From: a bacterium
Lineage (GTDB): Bacteria > Electryoneota > Electryoneia > Electryoneales > Electryoneaceae
Length of the DNA stretch: 64,000 nucleotides
Assembly: GCA_963675295.2 (NCBI GenBank)
Contig: CAXXKJ010000001.1
Location: 160,001-224,000 of the forward strand
Direction: 5' to 3'
In this document: positions 16,954 through 27,633 of the stretch, one piece after another
How positions within the stretch are numbered: position 1 is the first letter of the stretch
Layout: every line of letters begins with the position of its first letter
Notes under the pieces: model-generated
Seen by the model: the letters and a program-made list of their open reading frames with translations, nothing else
Databases searched by the model: none
Told to the model about the DNA's origin: nothing
Translations under genes and position numbers: made by a program

Positions 16954-19326
16954 ATGCATTTCGTGGAACTGCGCCTTGCCCTGCGCACGTTGTTGCGTAA
17001 CCGTTTCTACAACCTGCTCAATCTCGCCGGACTGTCGATCAGTTTGGCGATTGTCATTCTGGTCGCAGGGTCGATCCGGGATGAACTCAACTGGGATACG
17101 TGGTCAAGCAACCGCGACTCGATCTACCGCCTGACCATGCAGATGAAATCCCAGGATGGGAAGCCGTGCTCGGCGTTCTCAATGCCCGGGATTGCGCCGG
17201 AACTGAAGGCCGCGGTTCCGTCCGTTGAATCGTTTACGCGGATCACGTGGCCGTTCGAAATGCGGGTGCGACGGGACAATGAACCGATGGAGATGCTCAG
17301 CACCATCCGCCTGGTCGACCCGGAATTTCTCACCATCTTCGAGATTCCGCTCGAGTTCGGTGATCCCGCAAAGGCACTCAACGAGCCCAACTCCTGCGTC
17401 CTGTCGCACGAAACCGCTGTCGCCTGGTTCGGTACCGCCAATCCCATCGGTCAGCCGGTGCTGGTGGATGAAGAGAACGAGATGGTGGTCACCGGCGTCG
17501 CTGCCCCGCTGCCGGGAAACACGCACCTGCCGTTCAACATGCTGCTGCCGATCAGCCTGTTCGGCGAAGAGACTCTGGCGTCGTGGGGATGGATGAATTT
17601 CGGCACCTACCTGCTGATTCCCGGCGGTGCCGACACCATCACGGACACCTTGCCCTGGAATGAGTTCTTCTACCCCCGGGTAGATCGCACACGGCTCGAA
17701 TTCGCGCTGCAGCCACTGAGTGAGATCCACTTCGCCGGGGATACCGTAGACGGCATCCACGCTGGCGTCACGACACCGAACAAAGTCTATGGGCTGGCCA
17801 GCATCGCGCTGCTGGTGTTGATCATCGCGACCATCAATTTCATGAATTTGAACGCGTCCCTCGCCAGCCGCCGGGTGCGTGAGGTGTCGATGTTGAAGAT
17901 CATCGGTGCCCGGCGCGGCAACCTGATCGTACAACAGTTGGCGGAATCGTTGCTCATTGCCTTTGTCGCCGGAGCCGCCGCCTTGCTGATCGCGGAACTG
18001 GTGTTGCCGCACTATGCCAACCTGCTGGCGCAACCGAACCTGGCCAAGCCGCTTGCCGATCCGGCGATGCTCGCGTTGCACACCGGCATCACCCTGCTCG
18101 CCGGTTTATTCGCGGGTTTGTATGCGGCGTTGCTGTTTTCCGCCCACCGACCTTCCGCCGCGCTGAAAGGTGAGCTCGCTGGTGGGATCAAGATCTCACG
18201 CGTACGCCGAACCCTGGTCGTGGTGCAGATTGCGATTTCAATCGTCTTCGTCGCCGGGACGATCGTGATTCAGCAGCAACTGGCCTTCGTCTCCCGGATG
18301 AGCCTCGGCTTTGACCGGGAAAACGTGATGCTGATACGTGGAAACAATGAATTCAGAGCGCATTACGACGATTATCTCAACCGTTTTCGAACCCACCCAG
18401 AGGTCCTGGCTGCGACCTACGCATCCGGTATTCCCGGCAACACCATCGGCCAGACCAGCGTCCTGCCGGAAGGCCAGACCGACCAGATCGCCTTGCGTTA
18501 CTTCACCGTCGAGGAACAGGCGCTGGAAACCTTTGGCCTCGAGATGGCTGAAGGCCGCTTCTTCTCCACGGACTATCCGTTCGACCGGCTGAGCGACAGT
18601 ACAGGGAACGTGATCCTTAACGAAGCAGCCGTGCGTAGCCTCGGACTGGAAGAACCGGTGGTCGGACGCACGATGCGCATCGGCAGCCGTGAGTTCAACA
18701 GCACCATCGTCGGCGTCGTCAAGGATTTCAACCAGAACAGCCTGCACAGTCAGATCGAGCCGATGATGTTGCTCGTCTACCCGAACTGGTCAAACACGAT
18801 CGCACTGCGCTATCGAAGCCAGGACCTGCCGCGGCTGGTGGACGATGTCACGGCGATCTGGAACGAAATGCTGCCCGCTTATCCCCCGCAGATCTCGTTC
18901 ATGAATGATCGCCTCAACGGGCTGTACCAGGCGGACAGGCAACAGGCAACCCTGCTGAAATTGAGTTCGGTGCTGGCGATCCTCGTTGCGTCGCTGGGAT
19001 TGATCGGGTTGGCCACATTTGCCGCGCAACGCCGCACGAAGGAAGTCGGCATCCGCAAAGTGCTCGGCGCCAGTTCGCTGCAGGTGACACGCATCCTGAC
19101 GAAGGAATTCCTGTTACTGGCGCTGGTCGCAAACGTGATCGCGTGGCCGGTGGCGATTGTCGTGATGCGGCGCTGGCTGGCGGGCTATGCCTACCACGTG
19201 TCCTTCGCGTGGTGGATTCTGCCAGCGGCTGGACTGCTCGCCGCCGCCGTGGTCGCACTGGTCACCGGCCTGATCGCACTGCGCACCTCCAGCCTGAAAC
19301 CGGTCGAAACGTTGAGGTATGAATAG
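16954..19326 (+). CDS. ABC transporter permease (MacB/FtsX-like, duplicated)
   Basis: INFMNL...RVREV, LGFDRENV, VGVVKDFN, RRTKEVGIRKVLGAS and C-terminal PVETLRYE. Confidence 0.92.
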   Translation: MHFVELRLALRTLLRNRFYNLLNLAGLSISLAIVILVAGSIRDELNWDTWSSNRDSIYRLTMQMKSQDGKPCSAFSMPGIAPELKAAVPSVESFTRITWPFEMRVRRDNEPMEMLSTIRLVDPEFLTIFEIPLEFGDPAKALNEPNSCVLSHETAVAWFGTANPIGQPVLVDEENEMVVTGVAAPLPGNTHLPFNMLLPISLFGEETLASWGWMNFGTYLLIPGGADTITDTLPWNEFFYPRVDRTRLEFALQPLSEIHFAGDTVDGIHAGVTTPNKVYGLASIALLVLIIATINFMNLNASLASRRVREVSMLKIIGARRGNLIVQQLAESLLIAFVAGAAALLIAELVLPHYANLLAQPNLAKPLADPAMLALHTGITLLAGLFAGLYAALLFSAHRPSAALKGELAGGIKISRVRRTLVVVQIAISIVFVAGTIVIQQQLAFVSRMSLGFDRENVMLIRGNNEFRAHYDDYLNRFRTHPEVLAATYASGIPGNTIGQTSVLPEGQTDQIALRYFTVEEQALETFGLEMAEGRFFSTDYPFDRLSDSTGNVILNEAAVRSLGLEEPVVGRTMRIGSREFNSTIVGVVKDFNQNSLHSQIEPMMLLVYPNWSNTIALRYRSQDLPRLVDDVTAIWNEMLPAYPPQISFMNDRLNGLYQADRQQATLLKLSSVLAILVASLGLIGLATFAAQRRTKEVGIRKVLGASSLQVTRILTKEFLLLALVANVIAWPVAIVVMRRWLAGYAYHVSFAWWILPAAGLLAAAVVALVTGLIALRTSSLKPVETLRYE

Positions 19327-19349
19327 ACTGTACAGCTCTCCCCCAATTG

Positions 19350-19381
19350 AAAAAGGGCACACCCTCGCGGATGTGCCCTTT
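19350..19381. terminator. Bidirectional terminator between convergent genes
   Basis: AAAAAGGGCACA-CCCTCGCGGA-TGTGCCCTTT. Confidence 0.75.
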
Positions 19382-19426
19382 GCATATGCACTGAGCTGTG
19401 TCCAGGATTCTCCTGAGCTGAACAGT

Positions 19427-21865
19427 TTAGCGAACCAGCATCACCTTCTGCGTCGCGTTCATCTGACCAGGAACCGTCGCACGCACGAAATACAGGCCGC
19501 TGGCGAGGTTCGAAGCGTCGAAGGTCAACGTGTGCTCACCAGCGACATACCGCCCGTTCGCCAGTTCGGCAACCTGCTGGCCCATCACGTTGAACACGCT
19601 CACCGCCAGATCAGACGCTTCCGGCAATGCGACACGGATCGTCGTGCTCGGGTTGAACGGGTTCGGGTACGCCGCGCCCAGCTCATACTCGTCCGGCAGA
19701 CTGACGATTTCAATTGCTTCGTCCGCGAACGCCAGGTCTGTGGTTGTCCACTCGTCAAGGTTCATCGTACCGGCGGCAGTACCTTCCTTGTAGAAGACGA
19801 ATGTGCCCGTGATATACATCGTCGGATAACCCACTCGACCAATAAACGTGTACGCGCCAGACGGAGCAGATGCCGGCACCTGCGTCATGCTCGTCAAGGT
19901 GACGTTCATGAACGGGGACAGGGTGAAGTACTGCTGGGAAATCGGACCGTATTCCGTGCCATTCGGCAACTCAACCGCGGTCCAGTACATCACATTCGGG
20001 TATGAGCCCGGCAGGTTGCTGACCAGGTGTACGTCGTACGTCAACGTTCCACCGTTCGCCGGGATGAAGTGGTCCTGCGGTATCAATGTCAGCGTCGCCG
20101 GAGCGTTCGAGAACGGTTCGACGTCCACATCTTCACTCGGTTGCAGCTGGCAAACGCCGCTATAGGTATCAACCGTACCACGGAACGTTACCCAGTCACC
20201 AGCAGAATACATCGTCAAGTCAATGTTGGCATCGCCGTACATGCGGATCGTTGCTTCGCCACTACCGTCATCGATCATCAGGTTGTACGTGTCACCCGGC
20301 TGGCCTGGATCGGTCATCAGCTCGCCGGTCAATTCCGCCCAGACGCCTTCGTATGGAACCTGATCGTCGAAATCACCCGTGTCCCACGTCATCGGCTGCG
20401 GCAACGGATTGCCAGTGGAGAGAATGTCGAACGTCCAGTTGACCAGCTCGGTGGTGTCGTAGTACTGCGCGACTTCCGCGTACACCGTCACCGCCGTGCC
20501 ACGATCCAGACCAATACCGAGGTTCGGGTCGCTGGCATACATCATGATGCCGTAGCCACTGTTGTCCTGGACATAGACGTCGACGTACCCAGTGTGCACC
20601 GTGTTGTTACCCTGGGTGATGACACCCATCACCTGAACCAGGTCGCCCGGCTGATAGGTACCGTTCTGAATTTCCTGGATGGTCGCAACCGCGTACGGAG
20701 ACGGTGTCCAGTCGTCGTACCAGTCACCGATCGAACCGAACATGTCTTCGACTGTCAGCGTGGTTTCATCCGCCAACTCGATGAAATAGTTCGCACCCAT
20801 GCCGGCTTCATTGTCGTAACCGTTGGCGCCGTACTTGTAGGTGAAGTTAAAGCTGGAACCGGCGGGGAGGGTGTACTGTGCGGTGAACAGGCTGTCACCC
20901 GCGACAGCGTCCGCGCCCTGGCCGTCGTCCAGTAGTGTGACGTTGCCGTATGCACCCGGAGTCCAGGTCCAGCTGTCCCACGGACCGGTAACGATGAACC
21001 ATTCGATTTCGTCTTCCATCACTCCCGGAATGCCGACATCGTTGTGCTTCAGGATCGCCGGACGGCCATCCAGCACAAACGTGACCAGCATGTCATCGCT
21101 CAAGCCGCCGATGTTATCCGAGAAGTACACCGGATCCAGCGTCACATCGAGGTCGCCGTCGTTGCCATCATCCGGCTCGTCGCCGGTCGGAATAAACTGA
21201 CGATTGCCACCTGGGGGCTCTTCCCACTCGACTGGATCAGACTGGTTGTTGCCCACGTCAATGACAAACTTGTATTCCAACGCCGTGCCGACTTCCAGGC
21301 TGGTGAAGTTGACGGTAATCGAATAGGTTTCGTCGCCATTGGCGGTCAAAGCCGTGTAGCCACCCCAGTTACCGAGTTCAGCTGCACCACCGCGGATGAT
21401 CATCGCGTCAACGTTCGGATCAAACGTACCGTTGTCGATCATCACGCTCATGTCAACCGTGAAATCGATTTCGTACGGGTACGACACGCCAGCCGGCTCT
21501 TCGTTGTTGAAGTACACTACATCCAACGTGATCGGCTCGAAGCCCACCGTCAACGGACGATTGTCGATGTTGTCTTCCCAGATGTCGCCGGTGTTGACGA
21601 TCACGAACTTGTAGCCGTACGCACCATTTTCAATCTCGAACGTACCCCACCAGACGTTGTCCACATCCAGCGTGAGCATTTCTTCGTTGCCGCTCCAGCC
21701 ATTGAAGTCACCGCGAACGACCACATCCTGCACGTTCGGGTCAAAGGTGCCGTTGTCGATCTGCACCGACATGTCCACCTGGAATGTGACTGGTGCGGCC
21801 ATCGCGGCACTCACACCAAATAGCAAAAATAGCGCGAACAATGTGACAATCTTCACGTTTTGCAT
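19427..21865 (-). CDS. Secreted protein: three CBM20-like modules, OB-fold region, Ig adaptor and T9SS type A-like CTD
   Basis: Repeats of F.VDMSV..DNGTFDP...RG...W...YKFVI, then ATIQEIQ...YVQD. Ends AYPNPFNP...LASGLYF...KVMLVR. Confidence 0.85.
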   Translation of the reverse strand: MQNVKIVTLFALFLLFGVSAAMAAPVTFQVDMSVQIDNGTFDPNVQDVVVRGDFNGWSGNEEMLTLDVDNVWWGTFEIENGAYGYKFVIVNTGDIWEDNIDNRPLTVGFEPITLDVVYFNNEEPAGVSYPYEIDFTVDMSVMIDNGTFDPNVDAMIIRGGAAELGNWGGYTALTANGDETYSITVNFTSLEVGTALEYKFVIDVGNNQSDPVEWEEPPGGNRQFIPTGDEPDDGNDGDLDVTLDPVYFSDNIGGLSDDMLVTFVLDGRPAILKHNDVGIPGVMEDEIEWFIVTGPWDSWTWTPGAYGNVTLLDDGQGADAVAGDSLFTAQYTLPAGSSFNFTYKYGANGYDNEAGMGANYFIELADETTLTVEDMFGSIGDWYDDWTPSPYAVATIQEIQNGTYQPGDLVQVMGVITQGNNTVHTGYVDVYVQDNSGYGIMMYASDPNLGIGLDRGTAVTVYAEVAQYYDTTELVNWTFDILSTGNPLPQPMTWDTGDFDDQVPYEGVWAELTGELMTDPGQPGDTYNLMIDDGSGEATIRMYGDANIDLTMYSAGDWVTFRGTVDTYSGVCQLQPSEDVDVEPFSNAPATLTLIPQDHFIPANGGTLTYDVHLVSNLPGSYPNVMYWTAVELPNGTEYGPISQQYFTLSPFMNVTLTSMTQVPASAPSGAYTFIGRVGYPTMYITGTFVFYKEGTAAGTMNLDEWTTTDLAFADEAIEIVSLPDEYELGAAYPNPFNPSTTIRVALPEASDLAVSVFNVMGQQVAELANGRYVAGEHTLTFDASNLASGLYFVRATVPGQMNATQKVMLVR

Positions 21866-22120
21866 CCTGGTACTTCCTTTCTTCGGGTGGATACTGCATC
21901 CAGTTATCAGGTTACGGTAAACAGCTTCGTGGATAGAGTTGCACGATGCGGGCGGCGCCGTACAAAAACTCGGGCAATGGATAATAATTCTGACACTTGC
22001 GCACTAAGAATAGTTTTTCGATAATTTGGTATTGAAGATACAAAACGAAAATTACCAAAGCAAACAGGCGCCCCGGAATTCTCCGGAGCGCCTGTGAAAA
22101 ACTCAATTGTTACATGGGTC

Positions 22121-24454
22121 TTAGCGAACCAGCATCACCTTCTGCGTCTGGTTCAGCTGACCCGGAACCATCGCGCGGATGAAATACAGGCCGCTGGCGA
22201 GGTTCGAAGCGTCGAAGGTCATCGTGTGACGGCCGACGGCATAATTTCCATCCGCAAGCGTCGTCACCAACTGGCCGGTGATGTTGAACACGTTCACCGT
22301 CAGCTCCGCCGCTTCCGGCAACGTCACCGCGAGTGTCGTCGTCGGGTTGAACGGGTTCGGGTACGCGTTCTCAAGCGCGAATTCAGTCGGCAGGATTTCC
22401 GATTCCTGGCCGCTGGCGGCAAACCGGATATCCGAGCTGACCCATTCGTCCGGATTCACTTCGTACACCGGCTTCTCGAATTCAGCACTGCGATCAAACG
22501 CGACACCCCGTTCGTACGGCGCGCACGGCATACCCATGGCGTCACGGTAGCCTTCTTCCAGCTCACCATTACCAACCGGACGGTAGAATCCATCGGTCGC
22601 GCCAAAGGTCGCACCGATTTCGTCGAACCACGTCTCGTTGGTGTACGCAGCCGTCATCCCGACATACCCATCGGCGTAGGTGCCATCGTTGAAGCTGCCT
22701 TCGTAGTTGCCGTTGATCGTGATGTCAACGTCAGCGCCGTTGGCAGAAATCTCCAGCGTATTCACTGCCCCGACACCGGTGTTGATCGCGGTTCCGGTCG
22801 TCCAGCCGATGATGTTTGTTGGTGAACCATCCGTATACACCCACGCCGAATAACTGGTGTTTGAGATGTACACGGCGTACCCATTGTAGTCGCTGTCATT
22901 GGTGCCGTTGCCACGGAACAGCATCCCTACCGAGTAACCCTGCGACACTTCATACATGAAAGTCGTGGACGCGGTAAAGTTGTCGAAGCCTTGTGTCATG
23001 TACGTGCCGGAACCCCACTCGGACAAGTTGCCGGTTACGTCGATCTTGCAGTAGCCATCTTCGATCGCGTACGACCCTGGACCGACAAAGAAGTCGAAGC
23101 CCTGTGCAAGGCCGTCATCGAAGTCTTCGTACATGCCGGCGCCGACCTTCGCGAACGGGAAGCTATCCGTCTTCTGCAGATCGGGACGGTTCGGCATGCC
23201 CGCGATCGCGGTCATCGTGTACGCCCCTTCCGGGGCACCGCCCGGAACGTACAGCATCGCGTCATCCCACGTGTAGTTCATGTACGGCATCAGGTTGAAC
23301 TCAGCGTTGTTGATCCGTGGGATCGTACCGCCGCCGGGCAGGGTGACGAATGTCTGGTACTTGAAACCGTACCCGGTGTTCGACGAGTTGTTGATCAGGT
23401 GGATGTCATACACCACATCACCACCAGTCTGGGGTATCGCCGTCACTTCCGGCGTCAGGAAGAAGTCGATCACAATCCATTCCACCGACACGGGACCGGC
23501 CGGATCAGATTCGCCCTCATCGTAGTAAGCCGTGACTTCGTACTCGTACGTTCCGGCTGCGGGAAGCGTGTCGACATACATTTCGTCCGTCGTCGTGTCG
23601 ATCAGCTCGCCGTCCCGGTAAATCTTGTAGTACAGGAACTCATCGGTGGCGTTTTCGCTGAACCGGTCAAACACACGCACACCGTCCGCAACCGGCATCG
23701 GCGCGAGAATCGGGTTGTGCGCGTCGTCAAAGTACCCGGCAACCGGTGTACCCTGAGCGGCGGGTTCCGTCGGGACGCGATCCACCGCACCCACAGTGCA
23801 GAAGACGTCGTCGTACCAGGTCACGTTGTACGCTTCGATCACACCGACATACCCTGACGGATAGGTCGCATCCGTGAAACTGTTGTGGTACGTGCCGTTG
23901 ATGTACAAATCGTACGTGCCGCCGGAACCGACAACTTCCATCGTGTTGACGGCGCCTTGGCCGGTGTTGATCCCGGTGCCCGTGGTCCAGGTAATGACGT
24001 TGGACGCCGAACCGGCGGTGTACTTCCACACTGAATAGCTGGTGTCGGAGATGTACATACCGTAGCCCTGGAAATCCTCATCGCGCGGGCCGTTCACGCA
24101 CCACATCACACCGCGTGAACTGGTCTGGCCGTCCTGGATCTCGAAGGTGCTGGTCAGCGTGAAGTTGTCGAACTCCATCGCTTCATACGCACCCGTCTGC
24201 CACGTGTTGGACGCTGAACCATCCAGCTTGGCGTAGCTGTCCTCGAAGGTCAGCGCATCCACAATCCAGTTCCAGCTGTCTCCCGGATCTGTGTCGAAGG
24301 TCTCGTTCAACCCCGCTGAAGGCTCATTCCAGGTTAGCGTCACTTCACCATCCAGACCGAGATCGGCTTCGAGGCCGTAAGGTGGATAAACTTGAGCGGA
24401 AGCGACTGCTGCGAGAAGAAACAGCACGAGGAATGAGACAGATAAGCGTTTCAT
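22121..24454 (-). CDS. Secreted modular protein: FN3 with inserted L1, Ig adaptor, L2, CTD (family member A)
   Basis: Signal peptide ASA-Q and two related beta-sandwich domains resembling DUF1080/LamG. Also YKIYRDG..YEVTAYYDEGES (FN3) and a YPNPFNP CTD. Confidence 0.85.
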   Translation of the reverse strand: MKRLSVSFLVLFLLAAVASAQVYPPYGLEADLGLDGEVTLTWNEPSAGLNETFDTDPGDSWNWIVDALTFEDSYAKLDGSASNTWQTGAYEAMEFDNFTLTSTFEIQDGQTSSRGVMWCVNGPRDEDFQGYGMYISDTSYSVWKYTAGSASNVITWTTGTGINTGQGAVNTMEVVGSGGTYDLYINGTYHNSFTDATYPSGYVGVIEAYNVTWYDDVFCTVGAVDRVPTEPAAQGTPVAGYFDDAHNPILAPMPVADGVRVFDRFSENATDEFLYYKIYRDGELIDTTTDEMYVDTLPAAGTYEYEVTAYYDEGESDPAGPVSVEWIVIDFFLTPEVTAIPQTGGDVVYDIHLINNSSNTGYGFKYQTFVTLPGGGTIPRINNAEFNLMPYMNYTWDDAMLYVPGGAPEGAYTMTAIAGMPNRPDLQKTDSFPFAKVGAGMYEDFDDGLAQGFDFFVGPGSYAIEDGYCKIDVTGNLSEWGSGTYMTQGFDNFTASTTFMYEVSQGYSVGMLFRGNGTNDSDYNGYAVYISNTSYSAWVYTDGSPTNIIGWTTGTAINTGVGAVNTLEISANGADVDITINGNYEGSFNDGTYADGYVGMTAAYTNETWFDEIGATFGATDGFYRPVGNGELEEGYRDAMGMPCAPYERGVAFDRSAEFEKPVYEVNPDEWVSSDIRFAASGQESEILPTEFALENAYPNPFNPTTTLAVTLPEAAELTVNVFNITGQLVTTLADGNYAVGRHTMTFDASNLASGLYFIRAMVPGQLNQTQKVMLVR

Positions 24455-24766
24455 GATTACCCCCTTAAGAAGAGAAAATGAATTCATAGGCATATTTGCC
24501 CTTGTTGCTTAAGGTAGAGGCGAAACAGTCAATCTTCAATAATCAGGTGTGATTTTTTCGATTTTCTGCACGTGGCGAGCACGTTTCTCCGATACAGATA
24601 AACTTTTGTTGTCGTTCTACTTAGTGGCAATTGACGAAGAATCCTGCGCAGAGCATCGGAGTGGAGAACACTGACTACGATTCTCCCGGGACAAACATCG
24701 CCCGGAAATCCGCAGACTCCCGGGCGTGCTCTACTTCCTTCAGATCAATCCTTCTGATCGTCGAGA

Positions 24767-27094
24767 TCAGCGGACCAGCATCACCTTCTGCGTCTGGTTC
24801 AGCTGACCCGGAACCGTCGCCCGCACGAAGTACAGACCGCTGGCGAGGTTCGAGGCGTCGAAGGTCAACGTGTGCCGTCCGGCGGTGTAATTCCCGTCCG
24901 CAAGCGTCGTCACCAGCTGGCCGGCAACGTTGTAAACGTTCACCGTCAACTCCGCCGCTTCCGGCAGCGTTACCGCGAGCGTTGTGCTCGGGTTGAACGG
25001 GTTCGGGTACGCATTTTCCAGCGCGAACTCGTTCGGCAGACTCACCGCACCCTGGCTGTCCGTCATGATCTCACGGCCGGAACCAACCCATTCTTCCGGA
25101 TCGATCGTGAAGTCCGGCGCGACAAATTCGCTGCTGCGATCAAACGCAACACCGCGTTCGTACGGAGCGCACGGCACACCCATCGGATCACGGTACCCGG
25201 CTTCCAGGTCGCCGTTGCCAACCGGACGGTAGAAGCCATCGGTCGCGCCGAACGTTGCGCCGATGTCATCAAACCACGATTCGTTCGTATACGCGGTCGT
25301 CATGCCGACATAACCATCCGCATACGTGGCATCGTTGAAGCTGCCTTCGTAGTTGCCGTTGATCGTGATGTCAACATCCGCGCCGTTGGCCGAAATCTCC
25401 AGCGTGTTCACTGCACCGACACCGGTGTTGATCGCGGTGCCCGTGGTCCAACCAATCAGGTTGGTCGGGGCGCCAGCAGTATACACCCATGCCGAATAGC
25501 TGGTGTTGGAGATGTAAACCGCATAGCCGTTGTAGTCGCCATCCTGCGGACCATTACCACGGAACAGCATACCACAGGAATAGCCTTGGGTGACTTCATA
25601 CATGAAGGTCGTGGACGCCGTGAAGTTATCGAACGCGACACCCATGTAGGTGCCGGAACCCCATTCGGCGGCACTGACCTGGTCGAACTTGCAGTAGCCA
25701 TCGCTGATCTCGTAGGTCCCGTCCCCGGTGTAGAATTCGAAGCCCTGCGCTTCACCATCTTCGAAATCTTCATACAGACCAGCACCGACCTTCTGGAACG
25801 GGAAGCCATCCCACAGCTGATACATCGGTTCGATCGCACAACCGACCATCGCATTCAGCTCGTAAGCCCCTTCCGGTGCACCCGCCGGGACATAAAGCAT
25901 CATGTCGTACAGCGTGTAGTTCATGTAGGGGACGAGCGTGAACGGAATGTTGTCGATCCGCGGAATCTGGCATCCGCCCGGCGTGGTCACATACGTCTGG
26001 TAGCGCATACCGTACGCCATGGTCGGGACCGTGCTGATCAGCGTGGCGTCATACATGATCTCGCCACCGCCTTGAGGTACCGTCGTCACGTACGGAGTCA
26101 GGTAGAACATGAAGGCCACCCAGTCCACCATCACCGGTCCGGCCGGGTCGGATTCGCCTTCATCATAGTACGCCGTCACTTCGTACGCATACTCACCCGG
26201 CGAAGGCAGGTAGTCGACATACATCTCGTCGGTCGGAGTTCCAACCAGGTTTCCGTCCCGGTACACCTTGTAATACAGGAAGGCATCCGTCTGCGGTTCG
26301 CCAAAGCGGTCAAACACACGCACCCCGTCCGCCACCGGCAGCGGCGCGTCAATCGGGTTGTGCATGTCATCGAAATACCCGGCAACCGGAGCACCCTGAG
26401 CAGCCGGAGCCGGAACGGCATCCACCGCACCCATGGTGCAGTAAATGTCATCGTACCAGGTCACGTTGTACGCTTCGATCACACCAACATACCCCTGCGG
26501 GTAGGTGCCGTCGGTGAAGCTGTTGTGATAGGTACCGTTGATGTACAGGTCGAACGTGCCACCCGAAGCCTGAATTTCCATCGAGTTCACAGCGCCCTGA
26601 CCGGTGTTGATGCCAGTACCGGTAGACCACGAAATCACGCTGGACGCCGAGCCGGCGGTGTACTTCCACACCGAATAGCTGGTGCCGGAAATGTACATGC
26701 CATAGCCCTGGAAGTCAGCGTCACGCGGACCATTGGTGCACCACATGAAACCACGGGAACCGGTCGACGTGTCCTGAATTTCAAACGTGCCGCTCAGCGT
26801 GAAGTTGTCGAATTCCATCCCTTCGTACGCGCCTGTCTGCCAGCTGGTCGTGCCCGTTCCGTCGAGCTTGGCATAACCATCCGAGAACGAAAGGTTATTC
26901 ACCAACCAGTTCCAGGCCGAGCCCGGGTCGACATCGAATGTTTCCGCAAGACCCGCCGACGGCTCATTCCACGTCAACGTCACTTCGCCATTCAAACCGA
27001 GATTCGCTTCCAACCCATACGGTGGATACACCTGGGCAGATGCGATCGCTCCCAGAACCAGGAGCATCAGAACAATGACGGATAAGCGTTTCAT
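24767..27094 (-). CDS. Secreted modular protein: FN3 with inserted L1, Ig, L2, CTD (member B)
   Basis: Collinear paralog of 22121-24454 with GAGGGG RBS. Confidence 0.85.
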   Translation of the reverse strand: MKRLSVIVLMLLVLGAIASAQVYPPYGLEANLGLNGEVTLTWNEPSAGLAETFDVDPGSAWNWLVNNLSFSDGYAKLDGTGTTSWQTGAYEGMEFDNFTLSGTFEIQDTSTGSRGFMWCTNGPRDADFQGYGMYISGTSYSVWKYTAGSASSVISWSTGTGINTGQGAVNSMEIQASGGTFDLYINGTYHNSFTDGTYPQGYVGVIEAYNVTWYDDIYCTMGAVDAVPAPAAQGAPVAGYFDDMHNPIDAPLPVADGVRVFDRFGEPQTDAFLYYKVYRDGNLVGTPTDEMYVDYLPSPGEYAYEVTAYYDEGESDPAGPVMVDWVAFMFYLTPYVTTVPQGGGEIMYDATLISTVPTMAYGMRYQTYVTTPGGCQIPRIDNIPFTLVPYMNYTLYDMMLYVPAGAPEGAYELNAMVGCAIEPMYQLWDGFPFQKVGAGLYEDFEDGEAQGFEFYTGDGTYEISDGYCKFDQVSAAEWGSGTYMGVAFDNFTASTTFMYEVTQGYSCGMLFRGNGPQDGDYNGYAVYISNTSYSAWVYTAGAPTNLIGWTTGTAINTGVGAVNTLEISANGADVDITINGNYEGSFNDATYADGYVGMTTAYTNESWFDDIGATFGATDGFYRPVGNGDLEAGYRDPMGVPCAPYERGVAFDRSSEFVAPDFTIDPEEWVGSGREIMTDSQGAVSLPNEFALENAYPNPFNPSTTLAVTLPEAAELTVNVYNVAGQLVTTLADGNYTAGRHTLTFDASNLASGLYFVRATVPGQLNQTQKVMLVR

Positions 27095-27562
27095 GATTTT
27101 CCCCCTCGTGGAAAAATGAAGTGTGGACAGGGTATACACCCCCCTTGCCGAACAAGGTAGATGGAAACTGATCATTCATCAATATTTTATTCCGTATTAA
27201 ACCATTTAACAGAGGTTTACACCATAAAAACAGTCTGATTCTAAGCTATTAAATTGAATAAACTTGGCGTAAATCTTATAATACGTTTATTTTGCATCAT
27301 TAGAACTATTGCAACATAAGAAGGATTATGAGCTTACTACAGGACGCTTCAGGGTCGATAAACGCTTACTGTACGAATATCAAGACGTTGCCCGTCAACC
27401 GGTAGGCTCACAATCAGGGCTTGTCCAGTGCTCTCCGTCTCCAGGGGGTTGAGAAACTGGCTGCCCCAAACTCCGTTCACAACTCAGAGATGCACAACTC
27501 CACACGAGATGATTCGTGCGACGGGACTGGCTGGCTGGAGATCCCGGCAGGATGAGACACAG

Positions 27563-27594
27563 AAAACGCCCAGGTGGAAAAACCACCCGGGCGT
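27563..27594 (-). terminator. Rho-independent terminator
   Basis: ACGCCCAGGTGG-AAAAA-CCACCCGGGCGT with a flanking A-run on the + strand. Confidence 0.65.
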
Positions 27595-27633
27595 CATCGA
27601 AGCATTACAGGCTAAGCCTGTAGTGTGTCGAGA

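Noticed and set aside
16954-19326. ABC permease lacking an adjacent ATPase
   Set aside because: Orphan MacB-like permease paralogs are common in FCB and Acidobacteria genomes.
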